The notes: generated by a model from the sequence alone, not told the origin. A stretch of 64,000 bases of DNA from an uncultured bacterium (GCA_963732385.1 CAVSZB010000007.1:1532957-1596956), one strand, 5' to 3'. Counted from the first letter of the stretch, positions 39,409 through 50,520 are shown. Translations and numbers: made by a program.

Positions 39409-40776
39409 TCAGGCCGGCCCGTCGATCAACGCCAGCAACTCGTCAGTCCGCCTGCGCAGCAGCTCCGGGTCGGCGCGGGTCTCCACGTTCAGCCGCAGCA
39501 CCGGCTCCGTGTTCGACATCCGCAGGTTGAAACGCCAGGCGTCGAAGGCGAGCGAGAGGCCGTCGGTGTGGTCCACGGCACGCGCCGCCGCCAGCCAGCG
39601 CGCCTCGACGCGGGCGATCGCCGCTGCGGGATCGGTCAGACGACGGTTGATCTCCCCGCTGGCGGGATAGGCGCGCTGCATCTCCCCCACCAGTTGCGAC
39701 AACGGCCGGCCGGTCCGCGCCATCTCCTGCGCCACCAGCAGCCAGGGGATCATGCCGCTGTCGCAGAAGGCGAACTCCCGGAAGTAGTGGTGCGCGGACA
39801 TTTCGCCGCCGTAGGCGGCATCCTCGGCCCGCATCCGCTCCTTCATGAAGGCGTGCCCGGTCTTGTTGAGGATCGGCACCCCGCCCAGCCGTGTCACCAC
39901 ATCGACCGTGTTCCAGGTCAGGCGCGGATCATGGACGATGCGCGCGCCGGGCCGGCGCCGCAGCGTCGCCGCCGCGAGCAGGCCGACCAGGTAGTAGCCC
40001 TCCACGAATTCGCCGTGCTCGTCGAAGAAGAAGCAGCGATCGAAATCGCCGTCCCAGGCGAGTCCGAGGTCGGCGCCGTGGCGCCGCACCGCCTCGGCCG
40101 TGAAGCCGCGGTTCTCCGGCAGCAGGGGGTTGGGCACGCCCTGCGGAAAGGTGCCGTCCGGTTCGTGGCGCAGGCGGATGAACTCGAACGGCAGGCTCGC
40201 CGCCAGCCGGTCGATGATCGGACCGGCGCAGCCATTGCCGGAGTCAGCCACGATGCGCAGCGGCCGCAGTCCCGCCACATCCACCTGATCGAGCAGGAAA
40301 GCGACGTACTCCGGACTCGGGTCGGCGGCGCTGATCGTCCCGGCCCGGGGCGCCGGCGACAGGGCAGGATCGAGGGTGAGGACACCCAGCTCGTCCAGCC
40401 CGCTATCGCCGCTGAGCGGCCGGGCCCCCTCGCGCACCAGCTTCATTCCGTTGTCGCCAAGCGGGTTGTGGCTCGCAGTGACCATGACGCCACCCGCCAG
40501 GCCGAGCGAGAAGACGGCGTGGTAGACCTGCTCGGTCCCGCACATTCCCAGCTCCACAACGTCGGCCCCGCCGGCCGCCAGGCCACCCGCCAGGGCCGCC
40601 GCGAGGCCGGGGCTGGAGAGACGGCAGTCCCACCCTACCGCCCAGCGTCCCGTCCCCACGGCGCGGGCGGCGGCCAGTCCGATCCGCCGCGCCAGATTCT
40701 CGTCGAGCTGCCCCGGTACCTGGCCCCGGATGTCGTACGCCTTGAAACAAGCCGGCTTGCACCGATCGGCCATCAT
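39409..40776 (-). CDS. manB: Phosphomannomutase/phosphoglucomutase (ManB/CpsG type)
   Basis: [15 protein letters not shown] (phospho-Ser), DGDFDR (metal loop), [17 protein letters not shown]. Confidence 0.93.
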   Translation of the reverse strand: MMADRCKPACFKAYDIRGQVPGQLDENLARRIGLAAARAVGTGRWAVGWDCRLSSPGLAAALAGGLAAGGADVVELGMCGTEQVYHAVFSLGLAGGVMVTASHNPLGDNGMKLVREGARPLSGDSGLDELGVLTLDPALSPAPRAGTISAADPSPEYVAFLLDQVDVAGLRPLRIVADSGNGCAGPIIDRLAASLPFEFIRLRHEPDGTFPQGVPNPLLPENRGFTAEAVRRHGADLGLAWDGDFDRCFFFDEHGEFVEGYYLVGLLAAATLRRRPGARIVHDPRLTWNTVDVVTRLGGVPILNKTGHAFMKERMRAEDAAYGGEMSAHHYFREFAFCDSGMIPWLLVAQEMARTGRPLSQLVGEMQRAYPASGEINRRLTDPAAAIARVEARWLAAARAVDHTDGLSLAFDAWRFNLRMSNTEPVLRLNVETRADPELLRRRTDELLALIDGPA

Positions 40777-40851
40777 GGTTTAAAGTCTCCCCCAGGCGCG
40801 GTCCGGGCGCCCGCCCACGCCGTGCTGCGTTCGACCCAAGGAGGCCGACCC

Positions 40852-41058
40852 ATGGAAACCCGCCAGGTCCACATCCCCGCGATCAGTTGCGACCATTGTG
40901 CCCGCACGATCCGCGAAGAAATCCTGGATCTCGAGGGGATCGCCTGGGTCGAAGTCGACGTCACGGCGAAAAGCGTCCGGATGGGCTGGCATTCGCCCGC
41001 TACCTGGTCCACCATCGCCGCGCGCCTGCGCGAGATCAACTACCCGCCCGCAGACTAG
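40852..41058 (+). CDS. copZ: Heavy-metal-associated (CopZ-like) chaperone
   Basis: [26 protein letters not shown], 68 aa HMA domain directly upstream of the P1B ATPase. Confidence 0.85.
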   Translation: METRQVHIPAISCDHCARTIREEILDLEGIAWVEVDVTAKSVRMGWHSPATWSTIAARLREINYPPAD

Positions 41059-41096
41059 CACGGCCCCCCCGGCCGCCGCCACTGACGAGGAGCATC

Positions 41097-43409
41097 TTGA
41101 CTGCGCGCGTCACCCTGCCGGTCACCGGAATGACCTGCGCCAGCTGCGCCACCACGGTGGAGCGGACGCTGCGCCGGAAGGTGCCCGGCGTGGCCGCGGC
41201 GTCGGTCAATCTGGCCGCCGAAAACGTCACCGTGGAGTACGAGTCGGACACGACCGGACCCGCGGCGATGGCCGCGGCGCTGTCGCGCGCCGGCTACGGG
41301 CTGGTGCTGCCAAGCCCCGACGCCACCCCGGCCGACGCGGAACGGGAGGCGCGGCGTCGGGATCTGCGCACCCAGCAGCGCGCTTTCGTGGTGGGCGCGG
41401 CCTGCTCCCTGCCACTGCTGGTGCTCGGCATGGGCCACGACTTCGGCCTGTTCGGACCCTGGGCCGACGCCAGGTGGTTCCCGTGGCTGCTCGGCGCGCT
41501 GGCCACTCCGGTGCAGTTCTACGCCGGCGCCAGCCACTACGTGCACGGCTGGCGCAGCCTGCGCGCGGGCAGCGCCAACATGGACGTGCTGGTGGCGCTC
41601 GGATCGACGGTCGCCTACGCGTACTCGCTGGCGCAGCTGCTGCCGCCGGGCCCGCACGGCCACGTCTACTTCGAAACCGCCGCCCTCATCATCACGCTCG
41701 TGCGTCTGGGCAAACTGATCGAGACCCGCGCCCGCGGCCAGGCGAGCCTGGCGATCCGACGCCTCCTGGCGCTCGCGCCGGAGACGGCGCACCGCTGGCT
41801 GCCCGAAGGCAACGACCGCGACCGCAACGCCGATCCGGCCCGCGACGACGGCCGCGAGGAGGACATCGCCGCGACTGCCCTCCGGCATGGCGATCTGGTG
41901 ATCGTGCGGCCGGGCGAGCGGATCCCGGCGGACGGCGTCGTGCGCGAGGGAAACTCCGCGGTCGACGAGGGGCTGCTCACGGGCGAGCCTCTGCCGACGG
42001 ACAAGGCGCCGGGCGACCGCGTGGTCGGCGGCACGATCAATCAGGAGGGGCGGCTCAAGGTCGAGATCACCGGGGTGGGCGCCGAGACCGTCCTCGCGCG
42101 TATCGTGCGCCTGGTGCAGGAGGCCCAGTCGGGCCGCGCGCCGATCCAGCGGCTGGCCGACCGCGTGGCGGGGATCTTCGTGCCGCTGATCATCAGCCTC
42201 GCGCTGGTGACCTTCGGGCTCTGGTGGTGGCTCGGGGGCGAACTGGCCCCCGCGCTGGTGCGGCTGGTCGCCGTGCTGGTGGTGGCCTGCCCCTGCGCCC
42301 TCGGCCTGGCCACGCCCACGGCCATCGTGGTGGCCGCCGGGCTCGGCGCGAAGCACGGCGTGCTGTTCCGCAACGCCGAAACGCTGGAGCGGACGCACCA
42401 TTTGACCACGCTCCTGATCGACAAGACCGGCACCCTGACCGAAGGGCGTCCCCGCGTGATCGCGTGGCAGCCGGTGGGCGACCCCGGGAGCGGGGCGCCC
42501 GCCAGCGATGCGCAACTGCGCCGCCATCTCCTGATGCGGCTGGCGGCCGGCGCCGAGTCCGCCTCGGAGCACCCGCTGGCGCGGGCGGTGGTCGATGCGG
42601 CCCGCGAGGCGGGCGTCTCCTGGCCCGAACCGCTCGCTTTCGCCAACACCCCGGGCCGCGGCGTGCGCGCCATGGTGGACGGCCACACGGTGCTGGCGGG
42701 ACGCGCCCCCTGGCTGGCGGACATGGGGATCGACACCGGCCCGCTCGCCGCCGGGCTGGCCCGCTGCGAAGGGGACGGGCTGACGGTGATCGCGATCGCC
42801 GTGGACTCCCGTCCCGCCGGCCTGGTCGCCCTGGCCGATCGCGAGCGCCCCGGCGCCGGCGCGGCCGTGGCCGCGCTGCAGAAGCTCGGACTCGAGACGG
42901 TCATGGTGACCGGCGACAACCTGCGCGCCGCCGAGGCCGTGGCGCGCCGGGTCGGCATCGCGCGCGTGGAGGCGGGTGTGCTGCCGGAAGGCAAGGCGGC
43001 CGTCGTCCGCCGCTACCAGGCCTCCGGCCGCGTGGTGGGGGTCGTGGGGGACGGCATCAACGACGCCCCCGCCCTGGCCAGCGCCGACGTCGGCATCGCC
43101 ATGGGGGGCGGCGCCGATGTGGCGGTGGAGTCGGCCGACGTCACGCTCGTGCGCAGCGATCTGGCCGGCGCCGCGCGCGCGGTCCGGCTGAGTCGCGCCA
43201 CGATGGCCGTCATCAGGCAGAATCTCTTCTGGGCCTTCTTCTACAACATCTGCCTGATTCCGATCGCGGCCGGCGCCCTGCACGGTGTCACCGCGCTGCC
43301 ACCGCTGGTGCGCGACCTGCACCCGGTCCTCGCCGCCGCGGCGATGGCGATCAGCTCGCTCACCGTGGTGGCCAACTCGCTGCGGCTGGGGCGGAAGAAC
43401 CTGGGGTGA
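41097..43409 (+). CDS. copA: Cu(I)-translocating P1B-type ATPase
   Basis: [48 protein letters not shown] start after GAGGAG. Confidence 0.95.
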   Translation: MTARVTLPVTGMTCASCATTVERTLRRKVPGVAAASVNLAAENVTVEYESDTTGPAAMAAALSRAGYGLVLPSPDATPADAEREARRRDLRTQQRAFVVGAACSLPLLVLGMGHDFGLFGPWADARWFPWLLGALATPVQFYAGASHYVHGWRSLRAGSANMDVLVALGSTVAYAYSLAQLLPPGPHGHVYFETAALIITLVRLGKLIETRARGQASLAIRRLLALAPETAHRWLPEGNDRDRNADPARDDGREEDIAATALRHGDLVIVRPGERIPADGVVREGNSAVDEGLLTGEPLPTDKAPGDRVVGGTINQEGRLKVEITGVGAETVLARIVRLVQEAQSGRAPIQRLADRVAGIFVPLIISLALVTFGLWWWLGGELAPALVRLVAVLVVACPCALGLATPTAIVVAAGLGAKHGVLFRNAETLERTHHLTTLLIDKTGTLTEGRPRVIAWQPVGDPGSGAPASDAQLRRHLLMRLAAGAESASEHPLARAVVDAAREAGVSWPEPLAFANTPGRGVRAMVDGHTVLAGRAPWLADMGIDTGPLAAGLARCEGDGLTVIAIAVDSRPAGLVALADRERPGAGAAVAALQKLGLETVMVTGDNLRAAEAVARRVGIARVEAGVLPEGKAAVVRRYQASGRVVGVVGDGINDAPALASADVGIAMGGGADVAVESADVTLVRSDLAGAARAVRLSRATMAVIRQNLFWAFFYNICLIPIAAGALHGVTALPPLVRDLHPVLAAAAMAISSLTVVANSLRLGRKNLG

Positions 43410-43626
43410 GCGCCCAGCCGCGCCCCTGCTCCCGGCAGACAGCATGATGCTGCGATGTGCGGCTGAGTGCGGAGCCGCCCCCTGTGGCCACCAATAATCC
43501 CATCCGTTCCATCGACGGCCATGCGGAGGTTGCCGAAGTGGTTCCAGCATGGGGCGCCATGCGATGGCAATTCACTGTAACTGCCACGTGTGCAAGGCGG
43601 ACGGGGTTTCTGGCAGGAACAGCTGA

Positions 43627-44550
43627 TCAGGAGCCGACTCGATTTCTGTTCTGTCGCCTGCAGGATCGGTTGTCCCTGATGTACAACAAGAAGCCGATAG
43701 GGAAAAAGAGTGCGGCCAGCCATGGTCTGTCGCATTTGCACAACATGCGCAACGGGTCACGGGCGTGCAATGAACAGCGGACAAAATTGGCCGCGGCGCG
43801 GAATCTCCGGCGCGGGGGGGACGGCATCGTCATAAATTCACTGAAATAAAGCGCATGTCCGCGAGGATTGTCGATCAGCAGTCGTACGCCCTCAGCGCTC
43901 AAACCATCATCGCGCGGAATGTAAACCCTGAGTACTTCGTTGAAATAGCGCGTCTTGTAACGGCGCGCAATGCGGTTCCACACCGTGGCTTCGGTGATGA
44001 AGCGCTCGCCGGCGAATTCTGGAAATGGAAATTCACGAAAGACATCTGTGCGCTGAAAGCCGCATTTTTCGCCCGTCACACGGTACTTCTCGCGGATCTC
44101 GAACATGTTCGAATCAAGAGGGTCTGCCGGGTAATTCGATCCAACCTCGCTGCCGGTATCGGTGACGCAGAGACCCGCGGCGCCGGCGAATTCTGCTTTC
44201 ACTTCAATTGGGATCCCGTCCCATTGCGCCTTCATCCTTTCCAAGGCTTCGGGCACCAAGGAGTCATCACTGTCCAAGGTGAGGAATAGCATCCCCCTGG
44301 CTTCGCTCACGCCACGGTTGTGCGTGCGATGCTTGCCCACATTCTCATGCCATGCATACCGGATCGAGAAAGCACATTCCCCTTGCCAGGACGACACGAG
44401 TGCTTCGGTGCCGTCGGTTGAGCCGTCATCAATGATGAACCACTCGAAGTCCCGAAAAGTCTGAGCGCAAAGGCTTGCATACACACCTGGCAAAGTGTAA
44501 GCGCGGTTGTATGTGGGCGTGAAGACTGTAAATGTGGGCTGAGTACTCAT
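43627..44550 (-). CDS. Glycosyltransferase family 2
   Basis: FTPTYNRA, IIDDGSTDGT, NVGKH, LDSDD, FPEF.GE.FITE. Confidence 0.92.
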   Translation of the reverse strand: MSTQPTFTVFTPTYNRAYTLPGVYASLCAQTFRDFEWFIIDDGSTDGTEALVSSWQGECAFSIRYAWHENVGKHRTHNRGVSEARGMLFLTLDSDDSLVPEALERMKAQWDGIPIEVKAEFAGAAGLCVTDTGSEVGSNYPADPLDSNMFEIREKYRVTGEKCGFQRTDVFREFPFPEFAGERFITEATVWNRIARRYKTRYFNEVLRVYIPRDDGLSAEGVRLLIDNPRGHALYFSEFMTMPSPPRRRFRAAANFVRCSLHARDPLRMLCKCDRPWLAALFFPIGFLLYIRDNRSCRRQNRNRVGS

Positions 44551-44909
44551 TGGAAATATTGACCTCAGGACTGTCGTGAGTTCACATTGTGCCACAACTC
44601 AGACTCCCAACGGGTTCGGGAGCGAGCGGGCTCACGTCGTCGCACAAAACTGAGGATAGTCCGCATTCGTTCTGCCACACAGGTCATTATCTGAGGGGGC
44701 TCCTGTCTCGACCGCGACGGAAAATCCCATGCAGCAACAGTTGATGCCCAAACCCCGGATAAGGACGCGAAATCGGTCCAGCGGCGAGCCGGCGCAGCGA
44801 AAGATCTCCCGGAGCTTCCCAGTGGATTATTCGTTCCCAATATCGTGACGATTCTGGATTCTGACAGAAGTCCGGAACCGCGTCAAACCTCGGTTCTCAG
44901 TTCCAGCGC

Positions 44910-44993
44910 CTCCGCGAACACATCGGCCCATCCGCCGCTCTGCAACCAGGCGGCGGTCACCTCAGGGGTGGTCTGCTCGCGGGTTCACTCCCA
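44910..44993. repeat. 84-bp direct repeat, copy 1
   Basis: 78/84 identical to 49779-49862; internal CCGCCGC/GCGGCGG stem. Confidence 0.9.
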
Positions 44994-45000
44994 AGAGAAT

Positions 45001-46155
45001 TCAGACGCGGGCAAGTTCTTCCCGGTAGACAGCCTCGATCCGGCGGGCGACGGACTCGACTGAGTATTCGGTCGTCACCCGCGCGCGGGCCGCGTCGCCG
45101 AGGCTATGGGCGCGCTCGGGGGCGCGCAGGAGTTGCACGATGGCTTGCGCCAGAGCGGCGGGATCGGCGACGGGCACCAGGAGGGCTTCGCGACCGTCAT
45201 CGACGGCGTCGGGTATGCCGCCGATTCGGGTAGCCACGATCGGACATCCGGCTGCCATGGCTTCCAACAGAGCCACCGGCAGACCCTCCTCGATGCTGCT
45301 CATGACCCAGAGATCCATTGCCGGGAGTAACGACTCGACGTCATGTCGCAAGCCGGCCCAGATCACGGCGCCGTCGAGACCCAGCGCGGCCGCGCGCGCG
45401 GTGAGCGCCGGCAGTAGATGACCATCGCCGACCGCCAGCCAGCGCAGATCCGGCACCTCAGCACGCGCCAGCTTCAGCGCTTCCAGGAGATGCTCGTAAC
45501 CCTTTTCGATGACGAGACGACCGACGGTACCGATGATCGGCGTACCGACCGGCACGCCGAACTCCGCCCGCGCGAGGCGAGCGAGTTCCCCATCGCATGA
45601 CCGCGCGGGGATGGACACGCCGTTGGGGATCAGGAGGATCCGGTCCGGTCGTACGCGCTCGCGGCGCAAGCGGATCTCGAGTCCATCGCGCGCGACGGCG
45701 ATATGGCGGCTGGTCCAGCGGTTCAGAAAGCGCTCCTGCAAGACCTGGCCGTGGTTCTTCCAGTATTCGGGCCCATGCACGGTGTTCACCATCACCGGTA
45801 CGCCGGCGAGGATGCCAGCGAGGCGCCCCCACAACGCCGCCCAGTACATGTGGGTGTGGATGATGGCCACGCGTTCTCGCCGCAGCCAGCGCACCAGCCT
45901 CGGGATGCTGATCAGGAGATGGCGATGCCGAATCCTAAATTCGCGCACCGGAATGCCGGCGGCCTCGACGACAGGCGCCAATTCTCCCCGCGAACCGAGG
46001 CAGACCAAGGTATGCCGGAAGTCGCGGCGGTCGGCGGCCAGCAGGTAATTCACGAGGGCCCGTTCGGTGCCGCCGGTTGTCAGGGAGCCGATCATGTGCA
46101 CGACATGCCAGGGTCCTGTCGAATCGCCGGGCGGCGCCGGATTTCTCAAGAACAT
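45001..46155 (-). CDS. Glycosyltransferase family 4
   Basis: IGSLTTGGTER, IHTH, IPNGV, VGRL..EKG, GDG, EGLPVALLEAMAAG. Confidence 0.93.
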   Translation of the reverse strand: MFLRNPAPPGDSTGPWHVVHMIGSLTTGGTERALVNYLLAADRRDFRHTLVCLGSRGELAPVVEAAGIPVREFRIRHRHLLISIPRLVRWLRRERVAIIHTHMYWAALWGRLAGILAGVPVMVNTVHGPEYWKNHGQVLQERFLNRWTSRHIAVARDGLEIRLRRERVRPDRILLIPNGVSIPARSCDGELARLARAEFGVPVGTPIIGTVGRLVIEKGYEHLLEALKLARAEVPDLRWLAVGDGHLLPALTARAAALGLDGAVIWAGLRHDVESLLPAMDLWVMSSIEEGLPVALLEAMAAGCPIVATRIGGIPDAVDDGREALLVPVADPAALAQAIVQLLRAPERAHSLGDAARARVTTEYSVESVARRIEAVYREELARV

Positions 46156-46352
46156 CTCCTCGCGATTCGCGGCACGCCGGGGGCGGGAGGATCTGGGCCG
46201 GCAGCGCGCGGCGGAGAATAGCAGAGTGGCGGCTTTCAAACAACTTGGGCAAGCGCCCTTGCGGGATTGGGCTGGACAACGGCGAGTGCCCCATCTATGG
46301 TCAACATCCTGTCACCATTGCGCCCGTCCAGCGTGGGAGCGTCAAGAGAACC

Positions 46353-47300
46353 ATGTACATCAGACCCATTATCCGCGGGCTCTGCACCTACGTGCCCGTC
46401 CTGAACCGGTACGTCGGCGCCCAAACCGGCGGCACCATCTCGGCACGGTACTGCTATTCGGTATGGGCGAGGCACCTGGTGAGCGCCGGGTACCACGGGC
46501 TGAATACTCACCCCGCGGTCGTGGCGGAACTCGGCCCCGGCGACTCGCTGGGCATCGGCCTCGCGGCGCTGATCTCCGGCAGCGCCCGCTACTACGCGTT
46601 CGACGTCGTGGATTTCGGCCGGGCCAGCCGCAACCTCGAGATCTTCGACGAACTGGTGGCGCTCTTTCGAGCCCGGGCGGACATCCCGGGGCCCGACGAA
46701 TTCCCCAAGGCCAAGCCGAGCCTCGAGTCATACGCTTTTCCACAAGCCATATTCACCGAGGAGCGGTTGACGCAGGCGATGGAAGAGCGCCGGCTGGCGG
46801 CGATCCGGAATTCAATCATGCACCTCGATCATCCGGACTCCCTGATCGAATACCGCGTCCCCTGGTACGACGCCAAGGTCATCAATGAGGGCAGCATTGA
46901 CCTGATCTACTCGCAAGCGGTCCTGGAGCACATCGACGACCTGGAGAACACCTACCGCGCCATGAATTTGTGGTTGAAGCCGGGTGGCCACTCCTCGCAT
47001 CAGGTCGATTTCAAATGCCACTACACCGCCGAGCTGTGGAACGGGCACTGGACCCTTTCCGACTTCAAGTGGCGCTTGATCCGGGGCCGGCACGCCTATC
47101 TGCTCAACCGGCAACCGTATTCGACGCATGTCCGACTTCTGGCAGACCATGGCTTCCGCGTGGTGTTGGGCCAGACCGTCACGTCGCCGTCGCAGCTCGC
47201 CAGGCAGGACCTGGCGCCGCGTTTCCGGTCCCTGACCGACGTCGATCTGGTCACCAGCGGCGCGTTCTTCCTGGTCGTCAAGCAAGGATCCGACGCCTAG
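46353..47300 (+). CDS. Class I SAM-dependent methyltransferase, polysaccharide-cluster type
   Basis: SARYCYSVW, AELGPGDSLG, DLIYSQAVLEHI, LKPGG, HQVDF. Confidence 0.8.
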   Translation: MYIRPIIRGLCTYVPVLNRYVGAQTGGTISARYCYSVWARHLVSAGYHGLNTHPAVVAELGPGDSLGIGLAALISGSARYYAFDVVDFGRASRNLEIFDELVALFRARADIPGPDEFPKAKPSLESYAFPQAIFTEERLTQAMEERRLAAIRNSIMHLDHPDSLIEYRVPWYDAKVINEGSIDLIYSQAVLEHIDDLENTYRAMNLWLKPGGHSSHQVDFKCHYTAELWNGHWTLSDFKWRLIRGRHAYLLNRQPYSTHVRLLADHGFRVVLGQTVTSPSQLARQDLAPRFRSLTDVDLVTSGAFFLVVKQGSDA

Positions 47301-47311
47301 GGCGCTCGGCC

Positions 47312-48289
47312 TCAGTGCGGAGTACGCTTGCCCAGGGCTGCCTCGAAAACACCGATCGTGAGCCGCGCTGTGTTTTCCATGCTGACTTCCTGGACCTTCT
47401 CGCGGCCGCGCGTCGGCTGGTCGAAGGCCAAGGCCAGCTTCAGCTTCGCAGCGACATCCTCGGGATTCCGTGCGCAGAGATAGCAACCGTCGACGCCCGC
47501 CATCCGTTCGACCACGTCACCGCAGTCCACCGAGACGATAGGCAGGTTGCTGGCCAGGGCCTCCTTGACCACACAGGGCGACGCCTCATGGTCGGAAGTC
47601 AGCACTAGCACATTGCCCGCGTTCATGTAGAGAGGGACCTGGTCATGGGGGACGTTGCAGACAGTCAGCAGTTCCACGCTGGCATCGCCGGCGGCGACGA
47701 TGTCGACGGCCGCCTTCGCCAAGTCGTACTGCTTGCGCCGGTTGCCAGGATTCGCGACGAACAGGACGTATTTGCGCCCGAGGTCCAAGCCCAACATTTG
47801 CCTGGTTTCCCGCCGTGGCCTTGGCCGGAAGAGGTCCATATCGACACCCATCGGCACCAACGTTGCGCTCCACAGCCGGGTCCGAAGCAACTCAGCGACG
47901 ATGATGCGCTGCGCCACCAGGAAACCGAGCACCTTGCAGAGTACGACTTTGAGTTTGCCGGCGAAGGTGTACCGACCATCCGGCCCGACCTCCCCGAGGA
48001 TGTCGCTGCCGTGATACGTCAGGACTACCGGGCAGTCGAACTGCATCCGCGCGGGGAGGCCGACCAGCCCGTAATGGGCATGGATGAGATCGTAGCGATC
48101 GGTCTTCAGTCGCTTACGCAGCGCGACGCCGACCCGGACGTAGTTCCTGAAGGAGTGTGCCCCCGCGAAGGCCATGACGTCCACTTCGACGCCGGCTTTG
48201 CGCAGTGACTCCACCTGTTCCTGGACGAACGTCCCCGTAGAGGGCTTCTCCGGCGTCGGGTACATGGCCGTCAGCACCAAAACTTTCAA
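47312..48289 (-). CDS. Glycosyltransferase family 4
   Basis: TTG start after AGGAGAG; KVLVLTAMYP..GTFVQEQV, IHAHYG, HGSD, EASPCVVKEALASNLPIVS. Confidence 0.9.
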   Translation of the reverse strand: MKVLVLTAMYPTPEKPSTGTFVQEQVESLRKAGVEVDVMAFAGAHSFRNYVRVGVALRKRLKTDRYDLIHAHYGLVGLPARMQFDCPVVLTYHGSDILGEVGPDGRYTFAGKLKVVLCKVLGFLVAQRIIVAELLRTRLWSATLVPMGVDMDLFRPRPRRETRQMLGLDLGRKYVLFVANPGNRRKQYDLAKAAVDIVAAGDASVELLTVCNVPHDQVPLYMNAGNVLVLTSDHEASPCVVKEALASNLPIVSVDCGDVVERMAGVDGCYLCARNPEDVAAKLKLALAFDQPTRGREKVQEVSMENTARLTIGVFEAALGKRTPH

Positions 48290-48300
48290 TGCTCTCTCCT

Positions 48301-49440
48301 CTAGGTGGCGCAGCAGCAGCCCCCAGAATCGCCAGCAGACGCGGCAACTCCGGCGGCCTCGAGAAGAACGCGGTCCCAGGCCGCGACCACGGAATTCACC
48401 GAATACCGATCGACCACGCGAGGCGCCGCTGCAGCGAATCGTGCTCTGAGCTCCGGCGACGCGATCAGGCGGGCGAGACCGGTCGCGATAGCGGCCGGAT
48501 CGCCCGGCGCCACCAGGATGCCATCGACCTCCGGCGTGATGATGTCCGCCGGTCCGCTCGGACAGTCGGTCGCCACCACCGGCAAGCCGGCGGCCATGGC
48601 CTCGCAAAGCGCGTTGGGGAAGCCTTCGCTGCGCGACGACAGCAGGAACACCCCCGCGCTGCGCATCCACGGACCGGGATCGGCTACCCGCCCCGGCAAA
48701 CGGACGCGATCGCTCAGGCCCAAGTCGTCGCGCAGGGTCTCCAGCTCCTGCCGCAAGGGACCTTCACCCAAAATCGTCAACCGCCACGACGCAAACTCAG
48801 CCGGCAGCAGCGCCAGGGCCCGGATCGCCAGGTCGAACCCCTTTTGGGCCTGCAGCCGACCGACGGCAAGGATGGTCGGCGGGCCCGGATTCGGCAACCC
48901 CGCTCGATCGGCGGGATCGAGCATAGCATCGACTGGCAGCAGCACCGGGTTGGGAATCACGCGGATTCTGCCGGGAGCCAGATATTCGAACAACCCGGCC
49001 GCTGTGGATGTCTGGGCGATCAGAAACGCGCAGCGCCGATAGGTGATACGACGCAACAGCGACCAGGCGGGCCCGATATCGACGACCCGGGGGTCGAGGC
49101 GCTCGGAAACGACCACGGGGTATTTCAAGCCGCAGCAGGCCGAGAGCGTCAGGATGTTGGTGTAGTTGAGGAAACTGACGACGGCGTCCGGGCGAGCCTC
49201 CTGGACCGCAGCACGCAGGGCGCGGACGATGGCCGGTTGCTTGAGCGGCCCCGATATCCGCGGGTCGACCGACCGCACCTTGACCCATTCCACGAGCGGA
49301 TAGTGTGGTTCGCGGCCCGCGTCGTGGGTCGTGAGGAGTTCGATCTCATCGCCACGCGCGGCCCAGGCGTTTGCGAGCATGCAGATGACCCGCTCCGCGC
49401 CACCGGCCGTCAGCGACGAGATGACCAGGCTCAACCGCAT
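48301..49440 (-). CDS. Glycosyltransferase family 4 (AmsD/PglH-like)
   Basis: LVISSLTAGGAERV, VSER, IPNP, AVGRL..QKGFD, SRSEGFPNALCEAMAAG, DCPSGP. Confidence 0.93.
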   Translation of the reverse strand: MRLSLVISSLTAGGAERVICMLANAWAARGDEIELLTTHDAGREPHYPLVEWVKVRSVDPRISGPLKQPAIVRALRAAVQEARPDAVVSFLNYTNILTLSACCGLKYPVVVSERLDPRVVDIGPAWSLLRRITYRRCAFLIAQTSTAAGLFEYLAPGRIRVIPNPVLLPVDAMLDPADRAGLPNPGPPTILAVGRLQAQKGFDLAIRALALLPAEFASWRLTILGEGPLRQELETLRDDLGLSDRVRLPGRVADPGPWMRSAGVFLLSSRSEGFPNALCEAMAAGLPVVATDCPSGPADIITPEVDGILVAPGDPAAIATGLARLIASPELRARFAAAAPRVVDRYSVNSVVAAWDRVLLEAAGVAASAGDSGGCCCAT

Positions 49441-49477
49441 TTCTGACCATCTCCGTGGGCAGTCCGCTGCGTCATGG

Positions 49478-49778
49478 CTAGCGTCGATCTCCGTGGCTGC
49501 CAGGACCTGCGGTGGCGAGCCGTCGCGAGCCGGCGCCGGCCAAGGTGAGCGACTTATGCCACGCATCGCGAAAGAAGGCCATCAGATCCTGAACGCTCAC
49601 GACGTAGGGCAGTATCACGCGCGCGATCCGATTCAGAAGGACAGTTTTGAGAAGCGTGCTGATCTGGATGATCGGAATGGCACCTGCATATTTCGCGATG
49701 AACATGGAACAGAATCAGGGGTTTGGCCAGGAGGGCGAAACCGAGGGCCATCAGCAGCGCCACCGCACTGTTGGCGGG
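49478..49778 (-). pseudogene. Degenerate C-terminal fragment of a flippase paralogous to 2107-3459
   Basis: LLAKPLILF/MFIAKYAGAIPIIQISTLLK..LNRIARVILPYVVSVQDLMAFFRDAWHK aligns with LVSKPLILFMFTDAYADAIPIFRINTLVK..MNRIIPVHLPYTVGLSDLLAFYRESWTK; 1-bp insertion near 49706. Confidence 0.8.
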
Positions 49779-49862
49779 CTCCGCGAAAACACTGGCCCAT
49801 CCGCCGCTCTGCAACCAGGCGGCGGTCACTTCAGGGGTAGTCTGATCGCGGGTTCACTCCCA
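49779..49862. repeat. 84-bp direct repeat, copy 2
   Basis: 78/84 identical to 44910-44993. Confidence 0.9.
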
Positions 49863-50520
49863 GCCGTCGCCCAGTCCCGCCGTCTGGATCATCTCCGGCC
49901 AATCGTCGAGACCGAGCGTCTGGTCGAACTGGAACTCCCTCTGGGGCAGCGGCCGTGCGGTACGCACTGCGGGGGCCGGCCGGTTCGCCGATGTGAGCGA
50001 GGATCCGCCCGATCACCGGCCGCTCCAGCACGAACGCGATGGTCCGCATTGGTTTTCCGCATTTGGGGCAGCAGCTCAAGGGGAGACATCCATAGATCCG
50101 CGCCAGCAGCATCGACCCGGCCGGTTCCGCCAACGCGTTCACGGCTTCGCGGAGCTGTCGCTCGCCACAGATTGTAGACCAGCAGCTGGTCGTTCAGCCG
50201 ACCGAGCCGATCCTGGCTGAGCGGCGGGCGCGTGCAGTAGCCCGCCAGCCGTTCCAGCCACTGTCGGTCCCAGCCCGGGAAGGTGAAGGTGGCCGTGCCG
50301 TTGCAGCCAGCGCAGGCCGCGGCGGCGCACCTGCGGCTGGACGGCCGCGAAGTAAGCCCGGGGCAGATCCAGCGCCGGATGGAAGATCGCTTTGTCGTCG
50401 GTGCCGACACTGAATGCACCGTCAGACACCAGGACGTGATAATGCACGTGGCTGTTGAGATAGCTGCCGAACCGGTGCACGAAGGCGACAGCGCCGAAGC
50501 GGGCGTAAGACGATCGCACA
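49863..50520 (-). pseudogene. IS91/ISCR-type rolling-circle (HUH) transposase remnant
   Basis: Three frames: GAVAFVHRFGSYLNSHVHYHVLVSDG (HUH), LERLAGYCTRPPLS (catalytic Tyr region) and LLARIY..PLSCCPKCGKPMRTIAF..ILAHIG (C-terminal Zn knuckle), with frameshifts and large deletions. Confidence 0.85.

Noticed and set aside
44910..44993. Selenocysteine read-through at the in-frame TGA shared by both 84-bp repeats
   Set aside because: Similarity between copies ends two codons upstream, there is no supporting ORF, and no redox motif context.
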